From Candidatus Micrarchaeota archaeon (GTDB lineage Archaea > Micrarchaeota > Micrarchaeia > CABMEP01): DNA of 49,418 nucleotides. This document shows, piece after piece, positions 10,401 through 19,524 of this stretch. The stretch lies in contig CAYHPR010000005.1 of NCBI GenBank assembly GCA_964358895.1, forward strand, positions 1,189-50,606, given 5' to 3'. The notes beneath the pieces are model-generated. The model saw only the letters and a list, made by a program, of their open reading frames with translations. It was not told the origin of the DNA and made no database searches. Both the position numbers and the translations under genes were made by a program. Position 1 is the first letter of the stretch; each line of letters opens with the position of its first letter.

Positions 10401-11506
10401 CTTACACAAGCGGTAATGGTGACGCAAATATTACGGAAGGAAATGAAACACAACTCAACTTTACGCTCGGTAGTGGTGGTTCGATAACCGGAAAGATCGT
10501 TAATGCAGCTAACAGTTCAGTTAGTGGAGCTTTTGTTAATGCATGGTCTCAAACAGCATTCAGTTTTGGTTATGATGGAACATCAGATGACGGAACATTC
10601 ACAATAAGTGGACTTTCACCTGGATCTGATTATGTACTATTCATCAACCCACCTTATGGAAGCACTACTGGATACAAGACTGTAACTGGTGTAACTGTTT
10701 CTAGTGGAACAACTGATCTAGGAAACATAGCACTTGTTGCAGCATCAGGAGGGCTAGATGGGTATATAACTTACTCGAACGGTACACCTATAACCACCGC
10801 ACGTGTGAATGCATGGTCGAAAACTGCATTCAGTTACGGTAGTACGACTGTTAATGACTCAGGATATTACAACCTTACAAGCCTTGAAGCAGGCAATTTC
10901 GATATGTTTGTTGATTTCGGAATAGTTGGAGTACCAAACAAGTTTGACTCAAACGTATCTGTCAATGCGACAGTAGTTCAGAGAAATTATACTTATAACG
11001 CAAGCACCTTCGCAACGCTTAATGGAACTATAAGCTCTAACGGATCAGGATTATTTGGTGCATTCGTTGATATATGGAATGAGACTGCATTTGTTGGACA
11101 GCATGCTGAGACAAACGTCAACGGCACCTATATCATATCTCTACCTGTAGGGTCTTATCACATGAACGTGTTCAAACCAGGTTACTTCTCCTATTTCAAT
11201 GACTCTATAACTGTAAATAATGTGATACTAAATATTTCATTAAATTCAACTAGTTCCGTAACAACCTATTCAATCTCAGGAAACGTTTCAGTAAATGCAA
11301 CCGCAACCTCAGGATTGTTAGTTATAGCAATAGATCCATCATCTGATACTTCATATTCAAATGTTTCAATAGTCGGAGGAGCATATTCAATCAGCGGATT
11401 GCTTCCAGCCGTCTATAATGTTACTGCTGTGAGCGGTAACTTAACTGCATCTGCTGTTGCCAATGTTACGACATCAAATGTGACTAAGAATATTACTATA
11501 AGTTAA
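7421..11506 (+). CDS. Large secreted surface glycoprotein: YVTN/NHL-like beta-propeller plus tandem carboxypeptidase-regulatory-like beta-sandwich repeats
   Basis: Signal peptide; 'P.GIAVD...VWV' propeller blades; repeated 'G.I.G.V....G..V..A.V...QT..NG.Y.LTGL..G.Y.V.V.PP.GS' units; very many N-x-S/T sequons. Confidence 0.8.
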   Translation: MGELKNKISGIDYSLSRILFVAFVFFAFTTFVSALSLPYVWIGNGVSGTISVINKTSNAVAFNISGVGQGGWDPLGIAVDNESIWVTRNLDNKTSRINMTSNQVIANISLNFSPVGIAVDPQFVWVTGYNTSTNVSSLVKINKTSNAIDTSYFAGTFAYGVAVDNNFVWVANEMNNSIWKLNKSSNFTIIPLPGIRPKGIAIDPQGNVWFTDSLGGKVFRMNGVTNALELNVSTGVTPVGIAVDNDSVWVANNGNMTVVKLNKTSGAIQGVIVTGSDPVLHNPFGVSLDDNFAWVTVWNRNVTMKLNKTSGASIENITVGIDPTSFGDSTGYAYETLFGGGAPPSNGTGNINGTVYNASSNQTIANASITLFGLNITTLTNGSGFYNITNITAANYSILANASGFTAQAANISVSENQTIAQNFYLNGTGGAPPSNGTGNLTGYVWNLTTGVPLSGANVTLSPFNSTFTNSSGYYTFTNVSAGSYSLFASADNFSVGYNPNLTIVANTTTSFNFTLNATGPGGGFMALTAYCSGNSSGNATVYGRITNSTGGNVSGAGVSVHIDYSQLQPGQFAEGCSGWTQTDGNGTYNLTGFGTGIYEIFVDPPLGSDYSSAKANNVNISSTNQTIGRNFTLGSGGKLIVNVTAGGSPVAFAGVNAFVPWDPMNPSAASSGGFAWGQTSANGTVTLSGLTNGTYMVHVEPPFGSAYSRKDVSNISVTEGTTQVINITLSTAGSISGFIFAPNATNTSQLLPVANAFLNAFVPWEDGGGFGGGSGWAQSNSSGGFTISGLPNGSYQVEVEPPFDSNVSRGFAKSVVVIEGNTTLINFTLKAGSALSGRIKLANGSGVGFAFVNVFIPSTSPFTPPSDFGYAATDGNGDYIIRGLKAGKYEITVWPPFGSGLSTGFAHDVNITAGQTTVQNLTLSSGGRLSGRVTANGSGIAYAYINAFIPSTDPGKPPSGFGWGQTDANGSYNLTGLVSGLYKVHVEPPYGTSYTSGNGDANITEGNETQLNFTLGSGGSITGKIVNAANSSVSGAFVNAWSQTAFSFGYDGTSDDGTFTISGLSPGSDYVLFINPPYGSTTGYKTVTGVTVSSGTTDLGNIALVAASGGLDGYITYSNGTPITTARVNAWSKTAFSYGSTTVNDSGYYNLTSLEAGNFDMFVDFGIVGVPNKFDSNVSVNATVVQRNYTYNASTFATLNGTISSNGSGLFGAFVDIWNETAFVGQHAETNVNGTYIISLPVGSYHMNVFKPGYFSYFNDSITVNNVILNISLNSTSSVTTYSISGNVSVNATATSGLLVIAIDPSSDTSYSNVSIVGGAYSISGLLPAVYNVTAVSGNLTASAVANVTTSNVTKNITIS
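8441..8733 (+). repeat. 23-bp exact direct repeat (GGTGCGCCACCTTCAAACGGAAC) at 8441 and 8711
   Basis: Identical DNA encoding the GAPPSNGT linker, 270 bp apart. Confidence 0.9.
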
Positions 11507-11548
11507 ACAAGGTATGTGTTCTAAAAATTTTATAAGCGAGTGTATTTT

Positions 11549-13879
11549 ATGAAATTAAATCTTATTTCAACCCAGTTAGCTGTAGTTGTAATAGCCTTTT
11601 TATTTTTACTTTCTTTTGCATTTGCAGCGCCAACGTCAAATGCAGGATCACCACAAACTGTTAATATTGGTGCAAATGTTAGTTTAGATGGCTCTGGATC
11701 GTCATGTAGCTCTTGTTCAATTGTCAGTTATAACTGGAATTTCGCAGATAACACGAGTGCCACAGGTGTGAATACTAATCACACATATTCCTCTTCAGGA
11801 GTTTATACTGTTTCACTTGTAGTTGTAGCAAATGATGGTTCTGTCTCAAGTTCAACCGTTGCCATTACTGTTCAGAGCAGTGATACAAATCCTCCAACTC
11901 TAAATCATACAACTGTTACTAATGGAACAAATAATACTGCAATAGCAATTTCAGCAGTAATTACAGACAATGTTCTTGTCAGTTCTGCGACACTTTATTA
12001 TAAAAACAATAATTCTGGGTCATTCTCTTCAACATCGATGTCTGCATCAGGTAATACTTACAGCGCAAACATTCCTTCAAGTGTTGTGAATACTTCCGGA
12101 GTTCAATATTACATTTCAACAGTTGACAGTTCATCAAATTCAAATACATCGCCAGCAAGTGCTCCAACAGTATATTATAACGTTAGTATCGGTGCGACTG
12201 ACACTATCCCTCCGTCAACTTTCCTTGTATCTGTTGAAGGGGATACTGCTTCGTCATATTGGGATACATCAAACAACAGTGCAACCTCTATAGCTATCTC
12301 CGGAGAATCGGGAATGTCTTGCCGATACGGAACATCAGATTCCAATTATTCATCCATGTCCAGCGGCCAGAGTTGTACGGTAACAAGCAGTTCAGGAAAC
12401 TGTACAATTGCATCACTTAACCAAGCAAATTATAACTATTCAGTTGCATGTCAAGATTCCTCAAGCAACATACAAAATGCAACAAACAACGTTGATGTTT
12501 CCTTTGGGATCGATTTCACAGCTCCAACAAATGTCTCTTCAATATCTGCAATACCAAGAGCAAATGCAACAATACTTCTGAATTGGACTTTACCAAATGA
12601 TTCAGTCAGTGGTGTCGCAAACCAGAAGATATACCGAAATGGAACACTTATAACAACAACCTCAAGTACGGCAACAACATATTCTGATACGAATGTAACA
12701 AATGGTCAGGTCTGGTCATACCAAGTAAGAGCAACTGATAATGCAGGTAATGCTCAATCGACAGGTACGAATGCTTCAGCAACTGGTGATTCAGTTCTAC
12801 CGAATATAACTGCCGTTGGGCCAAATGAAACTTTCACTGTTTCGACAGTAACATTAAATGCAACAACTAGTGAAAATTCGACGTGTCGATATTCAACGTC
12901 TAATCTGACTTATTCAAATATGTCCTCTAATTTCTCAACAACTGGTACAACTATCCACAATATAAGTTTGACTAGTCTTTCAAATGCTGCTTACACTTAC
13001 TTCATAAGCTGTGCTGATACGGCTGGAAATGTGATGACAACTAATAACTTTACTTCATTCGCGGTTTCTGTCGCGTCTTCATCATCCTCATCAAGCAGTA
13101 CAACAACTACAACAAATACTACTACAACAACACCTCCAGTTGTTACACCAGTAACTCCTCCAGTTACGCCTCCATCTACAACTCCACCTGAAACAACTCC
13201 AAGCGGTGTTCAACCACCAGCTTCACAGCTTCCTGACATTGCAAAGGAAAGAGTCGAAGTTGTTACAACAGGCGGAGTAGAGATCACAATTCCACGTGTT
13301 GCAGCTGAACAGAGAGCAAGCGCAAGCATCTCTCAGCAAGTAGTAGCAACCACGGGTGTCTCAGATGTTTCATTCACAGCAACAAAAGCACTTACAAATG
13401 TTAAAATAGATATTAAAAAGATTGATACAAAGCCTGCAGAGGTTCCAGAACCACCAAATCAGGCATTCAAGTATCTAAGCATCAGTGTAGAAAACATCGC
13501 AACATCAGATATCAGTAAGGCCGCCATTACATTCAAACTGGAGAAGTCAGCTCTTAATGGGAAAGCAGCAACCAGCATCGTCCTAAGCAGATTTGCTGAT
13601 GGGAAATGGAACAATCTTCCAACTTCTGTTAAAGGAAGTGATGACCTTTCCTTCAATTTCGAAGCAGAAACGCCAGGTTTCAGTTACTTCGCAGTAACAT
13701 TCAGCGAAGAAGAGATTCCTGTTGCTCCTGCTGCAGAAACAGTTGCAAATATTATCGCGCCAACCGCTCAACAGAAGCTGTTCGGCTTGGATACAACTAT
13801 GCTAATCGGACTGGTCATTGTTCTAATAGTTCTAGCTTACATCTACATGACTTTCATAGTTAAGAAGAGTAAGAAATAA
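11549..13879 (+). CDS. Cell-surface protein: PKD domain, Ig/FN3-like domains, S/T/P linker, PGF-pre-PGF-like domain, C-terminal TM
   Basis: 'SYNWNFAD...HTYSSSGVYTVSL.V' PKD; 'YQVRATDNAGN' FN3; 'FEAETPGFSYFAV'; TM followed by KKSKK. Confidence 0.85.
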   Translation: MKLNLISTQLAVVVIAFLFLLSFAFAAPTSNAGSPQTVNIGANVSLDGSGSSCSSCSIVSYNWNFADNTSATGVNTNHTYSSSGVYTVSLVVVANDGSVSSSTVAITVQSSDTNPPTLNHTTVTNGTNNTAIAISAVITDNVLVSSATLYYKNNNSGSFSSTSMSASGNTYSANIPSSVVNTSGVQYYISTVDSSSNSNTSPASAPTVYYNVSIGATDTIPPSTFLVSVEGDTASSYWDTSNNSATSIAISGESGMSCRYGTSDSNYSSMSSGQSCTVTSSSGNCTIASLNQANYNYSVACQDSSSNIQNATNNVDVSFGIDFTAPTNVSSISAIPRANATILLNWTLPNDSVSGVANQKIYRNGTLITTTSSTATTYSDTNVTNGQVWSYQVRATDNAGNAQSTGTNASATGDSVLPNITAVGPNETFTVSTVTLNATTSENSTCRYSTSNLTYSNMSSNFSTTGTTIHNISLTSLSNAAYTYFISCADTAGNVMTTNNFTSFAVSVASSSSSSSSTTTTTNTTTTTPPVVTPVTPPVTPPSTTPPETTPSGVQPPASQLPDIAKERVEVVTTGGVEITIPRVAAEQRASASISQQVVATTGVSDVSFTATKALTNVKIDIKKIDTKPAEVPEPPNQAFKYLSISVENIATSDISKAAITFKLEKSALNGKAATSIVLSRFADGKWNNLPTSVKGSDDLSFNFEAETPGFSYFAVTFSEEEIPVAPAAETVANIIAPTAQQKLFGLDTTMLIGLVIVLIVLAYIYMTFIVKKSKK

Positions 13880-14001
13880 ACCTAAGCAGTTATATATAAA
13901 AAAATAAAAATATAAAAAAATAAAATAGCAAGAATTAGCAAGAGATAAGTTATTTCACTCAGCTTTAAAGCATCTATTCTTAAGCGTTCAATACTTCTTA
14001 A

Positions 14002-14565
14002 CTAGCAGAAACGTTGGAGCACCAAAGATCTGAAAATTTTTCTAAACTGCTCAGCATCTTGTGTGAGATACATCATTCTCCAAAGTTTAACTGCTTCCTC
14101 TTCTGAAATAATGATATTTGTGTTTGTCCTGATTTTCTTAGACAGTTCCTTCAGCTCTTGAGCACCTTCTTCAGCATATTTCGCAGGCACTAAGCTACAC
14201 ACTATACTAATGTTACTATCAGAAGCTTCTTTCGTTCTCTCTTTCCTAAACACTATGCTAATGTTACTGTCAGACTCCTCTTTCGTTCTCTCTTTCCTAA
14301 ACTGTTCAAGCATTTTGGTTCTTTCTTCCAAATACTCTCCGTTTGAATTAAGTGCAGGCATTTCATTAAAAAGCGTTAAATTTTCTTTATGAAGCCAATT
14401 CCTTTTTCTTTCAGCTTCGTCTGCCTTGCGTTGTTTGCTGGCAACCCTATATCTTTTAGGTGTGCCAAGCATAGCTAATTCAGGATCTATCTGTCTTTTG
14501 CTAGGTGGCGTATCGCCAAACTTATATGTCATTTTCCCACACACTTTACTTTCTGAACTAAGCAT
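14002..14565 (-). CDS. Hypothetical protein with internal 17-aa tandem duplication
   Basis: 187-aa ORF; FRKERTKE(E/A)SDSNISIV twice; start may be 14532. Confidence 0.6.
   Translation of the reverse strand: MLSSESKVCGKMTYKFGDTPPSKRQIDPELAMLGTPKRYRVASKQRKADEAERKRNWLHKENLTLFNEMPALNSNGEYLEERTKMLEQFRKERTKEESDSNISIVFRKERTKEASDSNISIVCSLVPAKYAEEGAQELKELSKKIRTNTNIIISEEEAVKLWRMMYLTQDAEQFRKIFRSLVLQRFC
14199..14300. repeat. Tandem 2 x 51-bp repeat
   Basis: 14199..14249 vs 14250..14300, 46/51 identical. Confidence 0.9.
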
Positions 14566-14649
14566 TAGCTAACATCTAATTATTTTAAACATTAAGCTTA
14601 TACATGTCTTATCGTCTTTGTTACTACTATCTCTTCAAGACTATCAAGC

Positions 14650-15045
14650 TTAATTAGTATTTGTTTTGTTTATTTTTTCTAGGTTGTCAAGAAGCTCTTC
14701 ATATTCCAGTTCAGCAAACACCCACAACTTTCTGCATTCAGAATCATATCTTAGCTTATAGGTATCTTGTTTAACCTTATTAATTGTTTTAAGATATTCC
14801 TCTGGGGGTTGGATTTCTTTAAGTATTCTGGAAAGAATTTTTATTTTCTGGTCCGAATTTAATCCATTAGCTACTTGTGCCTTCAAAAATGTGACCAAAG
14901 TCTTTGTTGGTCTAAACTCTTTTTGATCTATACGTTCTGTCACTTTTGAAATCCAAACATCCTCATTAGAAAAATGTTGTCTCATTCGTGGTAAAAGTTT
15001 TACTGGTTGTTCTGATATTCCTATTCGTCTCGTCTGTGTCGCCAT
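14650..15045 (-). CDS. Hypothetical protein
   Basis: 131-aa ORF preceded by GGAGGAG RBS. Confidence 0.75.
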   Translation of the reverse strand: MATQTRRIGISEQPVKLLPRMRQHFSNEDVWISKVTERIDQKEFRPTKTLVTFLKAQVANGLNSDQKIKILSRILKEIQPPEEYLKTINKVKQDTYKLRYDSECRKLWVFAELEYEELLDNLEKINKTNTN

Positions 15046-15081
15046 GTTTTCTCCTCCTTATTAATTTCTATTCTGTGTCGC

Positions 15082-15408
15082 CTAATTTATTACGGTCTGA
15101 TCCTTTGGTTTAATTTTCAATTCTTGTAATGTCTTAGTTGAAATAATTTTATGTTTTGATAACGTTGCTTGAGCAAGTATTATTTCAGCATTTGTCGCAT
15201 TTACGTCGTTAATAGTTCGAATACATTTTTGTATCTCTAAACTAGTAATGTGGACATTTTTTCCTTGTTCAACAACTCTCGCAGCACCTATCTCGGCTAT
15301 AGTAAATTCAGAAACTAAAGGTTTAGCACTAAATTTAATGCTTGGTTGGATATCTGGGATCTTCACGCCACCGACCATTTTCATTATTCCATTTCTTTTA
15401 TTCATCAT
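15082..15408 (-). CDS. Hypothetical protein
   Basis: 108-aa ORF, co-oriented with neighbours. Confidence 0.6.
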   Translation of the reverse strand: MMNKRNGIMKMVGGVKIPDIQPSIKFSAKPLVSEFTIAEIGAARVVEQGKNVHITSLEIQKCIRTINDVNATNAEIILAQATLSKHKIISTKTLQELKIKPKDQTVIN

Positions 15409-15498
15409 TTTATCACTCAGTTATATTCACTCTAATCATATATATTAGCTTTTCGGTTCTTTCCAACCCACCGCATGTAAAAAAACAAAAAGAAATAG

Positions 15499-15532
15499 AA
15501 AAAAAAGGAAAAAACCTGGAGTTTAAACCAGG
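15499..15532 (-). terminator. Hairpin plus T-tract downstream of ftsZ
   Basis: Minus strand CCTGG-tttaaact-CCAGG followed by TTTTTTCCTTTTTTTT. Confidence 0.5.
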
Positions 15533-15574
15533 GTTTAACCAAGATTAACCAGGAGATGATAAGAACCTCGGTTC

Positions 15575-16648
15575 TTATCTCCAGCTGATCTCTTCGATCT
15601 CTAGTTTTTGCTTCTCCTTCTCAGGCTCTAAGTTACCCAACAATTGAGTCGAAGTGACTCCGGTCATAATGGATGTCACAGTTACCTTGTCGCCAAGTTC
15701 TGGTATGATTCTTGCTCCCCAGATGACGTTTGCATTCTTGTCGAACGCATCAGTAACTCCTTCACCAATCTTTGTTGCTTCACCTAGTGTCAGATTAGGT
15801 CCACCAGTAATGTGAACAAGAGCACCCTTTGCACCCTCATAACTCACATCGAGAAGTGGGTGTGACAGAGTCGATTCGACTGCTTGTTCAACTTTGTTTG
15901 TACCTTTACCTTCACCAACGCTAATCATTGCAACTCCACCATTGCCCATTATCGATCGGACATCAGCAAAGTCGATATTGACTAGACTTGGGAACATGAT
16001 CGTGTCAGCAATTCCTTTAACTGCTTGCGCAACGATCTGATCTGCAACATTAAATGCCTCATTTATTGGAAGGTTTGGAACATACGAAACCAATCTGTTG
16101 TTATCAATAACAACTACTGTGTCACATGCTTTTCTTAGTTCTTCAAGTCCCCATCTTGCCTTTTCGGTTCTTGATTTTTCAAGTGCGAATGGGTAAGTAA
16201 CCATACCAACTACGATTGCTCCTTCCTGCTTTGCAATTTCTGCAACTACAGGTGCTGCTCCCGTACCGGTTCCTCCACCCATACCTGCTGTTAAGAAGAC
16301 TAGTTCACTCTTACCAACAATCTCACGAAGCTTGTCTCGGTTTGCCTCAGCGCACTTGCGTGCAACCTCTGGGAATCCTCCTGCTCCAAGTCCTCGTGTT
16401 ATATTCTGACCGATTAGTAGTCTCTTCTGAGCCTCAGTAATCTTTAGATGCGTCATATCGGTGTTTATAGCAACTGTATCTGCAGACTTAATACCCATTC
16501 TCGTTATACGAGAAACTGTATTACAGCCTCCACCGCCTACACCAACAACCAAGATTTTTATCTTGTCGGACCCAAGGTAGTCCTTTTCGCTTACATTTGT
16601 ACTGTGTCCTGTTCCAGATCCCCGAAGGGAATCAAGTATACTATCCAT
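15575..16648 (-). CDS. ftsZ: Cell division GTPase FtsZ (paralogue A)
   Basis: [28 protein letters not shown]7 loop NIDFADV; ATG at 16648. Confidence 0.97.
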   Translation of the reverse strand: MDSILDSLRGSGTGHSTNVSEKDYLGSDKIKILVVGVGGGGCNTVSRITRMGIKSADTVAINTDMTHLKITEAQKRLLIGQNITRGLGAGGFPEVARKCAEANRDKLREIVGKSELVFLTAGMGGGTGTGAAPVVAEIAKQEGAIVVGMVTYPFALEKSRTEKARWGLEELRKACDTVVVIDNNRLVSYVPNLPINEAFNVADQIVAQAVKGIADTIMFPSLVNIDFADVRSIMGNGGVAMISVGEGKGTNKVEQAVESTLSHPLLDVSYEGAKGALVHITGGPNLTLGEATKIGEGVTDAFDKNANVIWGARIIPELGDKVTVTSIMTGVTSTQLLGNLEPEKEKQKLEIEEISWR

Positions 16649-16849
16649 ATCATCAAGCCTCACATCGATTTACGATGATTTTTACATGTCATTTTCTTTT
16701 TTTGCCTATTTTGTTAATCCATGATCAGATTGGTAGGTCGCACCACCAAACCTTCACTTCATACTTTTCTTATTTTTTACTATTTTTACTTTGTTTTACC
16801 TGAATTTTGGTCGGACTTTTACATCCGACCATCCTTCAAGCTCACAAAT

Positions 16850-17911
16850 TTATCCAATTATTTCAATGTCACCGTATACTGGTCCTTCTTTTTGTTTGTC
16901 TTCAACCTGTATTCCAGCAACTGATACTCCTTTCACACCAGTGACGATTGCTACGATTTCAATCTTGCCATCGTATCCTGGGATCAAACGAGCACCCCAC
17001 TTAACTGATGCTTGGCTGTCCATTCTGTCTGTTATGATTTCTCCAGCCTTGATTGCATCACCAAGTGTCAGATCATTGCCACCACTAATGTGGATCAATG
17101 CTCCTTTTGCTCCTTCAAAGTCAACATCAAGCAACCTGTTCTTCAATACACCTTCAGCTGCAGACTGCACTTTGTTTGTACCGCGTCCTTCTCCGACTGC
17201 GATGAATCCGACATCTCCGCTGCCCATGATCGATCTTACATCAGCAAAATCGATGTTGATCAGTGATGGTTGTGTGATTGTCCAGACAAGTCCACCGATT
17301 GCTCTTGCAAGTATCTCATCAGCAACTCCGAATGCCTCAGCCATTGGCAAGTTCGGAACAAGTTGTACGAGTCGGTTGTTATCAATTATGATAACGCTGT
17401 CTGTGTGCTTCCTCAGCTTCTGAATTCCTTCATCTGCTTTGGATCTGCGCGCTTTTTCAAGTGCGAATGGGTATGTAACCATAGCAACTGTAATTGCTCC
17501 TTGTTGCTTTGCAATCTCGGCTATAACTGGTGCGGATCCTGTTCCGGTTCCTCCACCCATACCTGCGCATAGAAATGCTAACTGAGCATCTTTGAGTGCT
17601 CTTTCAAGCAACGGTCTGTCAATTTCTGCTGCTTTTTGACCCACTTCAGTGAATCCTCCTGCTCCTAGACCTCTTGTTATAGACTTGCCGATTAAAATTT
17701 TCTGTATACGTTCGTCAAGTGTCGCAAGATGTTGGTTGTCTGTATTAACAGCAACTAGTTCTGCTCCTTTAACTCCATACTTCAGAAGTCTGCTAAGGGT
17801 GTTATTCCCTCCTCCTCCTGCACCGACCACAGCAATTTTGATGTGTTCGATTGGTCCTAAATTATCTTCGCTTGCGCTACTGCCTGTAACTGATCTGATT
17901 AAACTTTCCAT
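16850..17911 (-). CDS. ftsZ: Cell division GTPase FtsZ (paralogue B)
   Basis: [24 protein letters not shown]. Confidence 0.97.
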   Translation of the reverse strand: MESLIRSVTGSSASEDNLGPIEHIKIAVVGAGGGGNNTLSRLLKYGVKGAELVAVNTDNQHLATLDERIQKILIGKSITRGLGAGGFTEVGQKAAEIDRPLLERALKDAQLAFLCAGMGGGTGTGSAPVIAEIAKQQGAITVAMVTYPFALEKARRSKADEGIQKLRKHTDSVIIIDNNRLVQLVPNLPMAEAFGVADEILARAIGGLVWTITQPSLINIDFADVRSIMGSGDVGFIAVGEGRGTNKVQSAAEGVLKNRLLDVDFEGAKGALIHISGGNDLTLGDAIKAGEIITDRMDSQASVKWGARLIPGYDGKIEIVAIVTGVKGVSVAGIQVEDKQKEGPVYGDIEIIG

Positions 17912-18132
17912 ACAATCGCCTCAATTTGCATTTCTTATAAAATACCTTTAAATACCTTTCTTTTTTTTCAACGTCTCCGACGTTAAAAAAATATTTATTT
18001 TTCACTTTTTACCGTCGAAAATGATTCATGTGAATTTTCTGAAAAATTCACAAAAAATCTTCAAAATTTTTGATAAAAATATAAATTTCTTTCAGTAAAT
18101 TTTTACGTCGAGAAAATGCATCAATTTTCAGT

Positions 18133-18603
18133 TTATGGTATTTTTTGATACTCGGAAATCCAATCTGTAGACAAATTTTGTTTTATTTTTTCAATTTCTT
18201 TCTGCAATTCTTTTTCATTTACTTTTATTTTATCAGAAAGTGGACAATATTCTTTTTTGACAAAGAAATTCTTTTTCTTTTTAGTTGCTTCATCAGAAAA
18301 TTCCATAATTACTGGATAAATCTTACATTCCAGCGGTCTATTCTCATAAATTCCACACTTTCCATCTTCTTGTAAAAAATAGCATTTTCTTTTTGTAGTT
18401 TGTTTTAGTGTATTGATCGTAGTTCCATTCTTATTCGTAAATTCCATTATTGCATTTTCAGCATCAGGAACTTTTTTCTTAAAACTATCTACTTCGCTAG
18501 GAAAAAGTACAACTGTCTCTCTGTTGGTACAACACTTCGACGTGCATTCTATACAAGTTTGCGGTGCGTTTGAAGGAAAATTTACTGCAGAGTTTAATTT
18601 CAT
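18133..18603 (-). CDS. YkgJ/UPF0153 cysteine-cluster protein
   Basis: CxxCxxxCC ... CYFL ... CGIYENRPLECKIYP. Confidence 0.9.
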   Translation of the reverse strand: MKLNSAVNFPSNAPQTCIECTSKCCTNRETVVLFPSEVDSFKKKVPDAENAIMEFTNKNGTTINTLKQTTKRKCYFLQEDGKCGIYENRPLECKIYPVIMEFSDEATKKKKNFFVKKEYCPLSDKIKVNEKELQKEIEKIKQNLSTDWISEYQKIP

Positions 18604-18698
18604 TATTATTTTTAGAAATTTATTCCTTAAATATCTATTCTACTGGTTCCTTATACTAAAAAATAACTAGTGTAAAGCTAACTAATTTAAAAATAGAT

Positions 18699-19160
18699 TT
18701 AATTCAAAGATTGAAGATATTTTTCCAATTGTTTTTTAGTATCTCTGTCTACGTCATCAAATTTAATTCTAGCTGAATACACTCTCGTTTCATTTCCATT
18801 CAAAGACATTTCAGTAGCAGTCTCTTCAATTTTTACGACTGTACTCTCGATGCTTTTGCTTCGCTCTCCATTGAACTCTATTGCAATAAACAATTTTTCA
18901 GCCGGTCTCACATTTTCTATTTTAATTCGCGCACCGCCGGAACTTAGATCCAATATATTAACCGGTTTAGAGCTAGCTATCGATGAGGTTCCCCACATGT
19001 CAACTCGGTAGACGTATCCAACCAGATTAACTTTTTTGCGTGTGTGCATACGATTCTCACTAGGACCTTTGTGTTCAGTAAATCGTTTCACAGTTTGATT
19101 CGATGTCTGTGTCTGCGACATACCTGCCACTGACCTAAACATGGATATTATTGTCGCCAT
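18699..19160 (-). CDS. PilZ-domain protein
   Basis: 'ENRMHTR' (RxxxR) and 'DLSSGG' (DxSxxG), followed by beta strands and C-terminal helix 'IKF..VD......LEKYL'. Confidence 0.85.
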   Translation of the reverse strand: MATIISMFRSVAGMSQTQTSNQTVKRFTEHKGPSENRMHTRKKVNLVGYVYRVDMWGTSSIASSKPVNILDLSSGGARIKIENVRPAEKLFIAIEFNGERSKSIESTVVKIEETATEMSLNGNETRVYSARIKFDDVDRDTKKQLEKYLQSLN

Positions 19161-19201
19161 TTTTTCACTTTTTTATTCTAAGTCGCTTAGCACGGCTGAG
19201 T

Positions 19202-19369
19202 TTATTCGTGGGTTCTACATCTCTTAGTTGGTACGTGTTTGTTTACATCCTCGTTTATAGAATAAAGTGCGCAAACTTTATTTGTCATTGTGTGAAACAC
19301 ATTTTGTTCGCTAGGACACACTTCACATTTACCAAAATTTTCTTTTAGTTGTCTTAATAGTTTTGTCAT
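19202..19369 (-). CDS. Small putative Zn-finger protein (55 aa), not in ORF track
   Basis: MTKLLRQLKENFGKCEVCPSEQNVFHTMTNKVCALYSINEDVNKHVPTKRCRTHE; GGGAGG RBS; CxxC...CxxH. Confidence 0.6.
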   Translation of the reverse strand: MTKLLRQLKENFGKCEVCPSEQNVFHTMTNKVCALYSINEDVNKHVPTKRCRTHE

Positions 19370-19524
19370 ATTTTTGCCTCCCTTTTTTGATATGTTTGTC
19401 GCCTTTCTGTAAATTTATTTCTAATGTACTTTCTGGCCTCAAACTTTCTTAGAATAGATATGTAAGCAAAATATATAAAGCTTTGCCAACTCGAAATAGG
19501 TTTACGACGAAGCTTATCCTAAAA

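Noticed and set aside
13071-13200. Ser/Thr/Pro low-complexity DNA repeats
   Set aside because: Ordinary linker of an archaeal surface glycoprotein
14199-14300. DGR template/variable repeat pair
   Set aside because: Adjacent in-frame copies, differences mostly synonymous and not confined to adenines, no reverse transcriptase
16791-17423. Long antisense ORFs (also 25744..26223, 44303..44821, 46417..46899 and other short ones)
   Set aside because: Shadows of well-supported genes on the opposite strand
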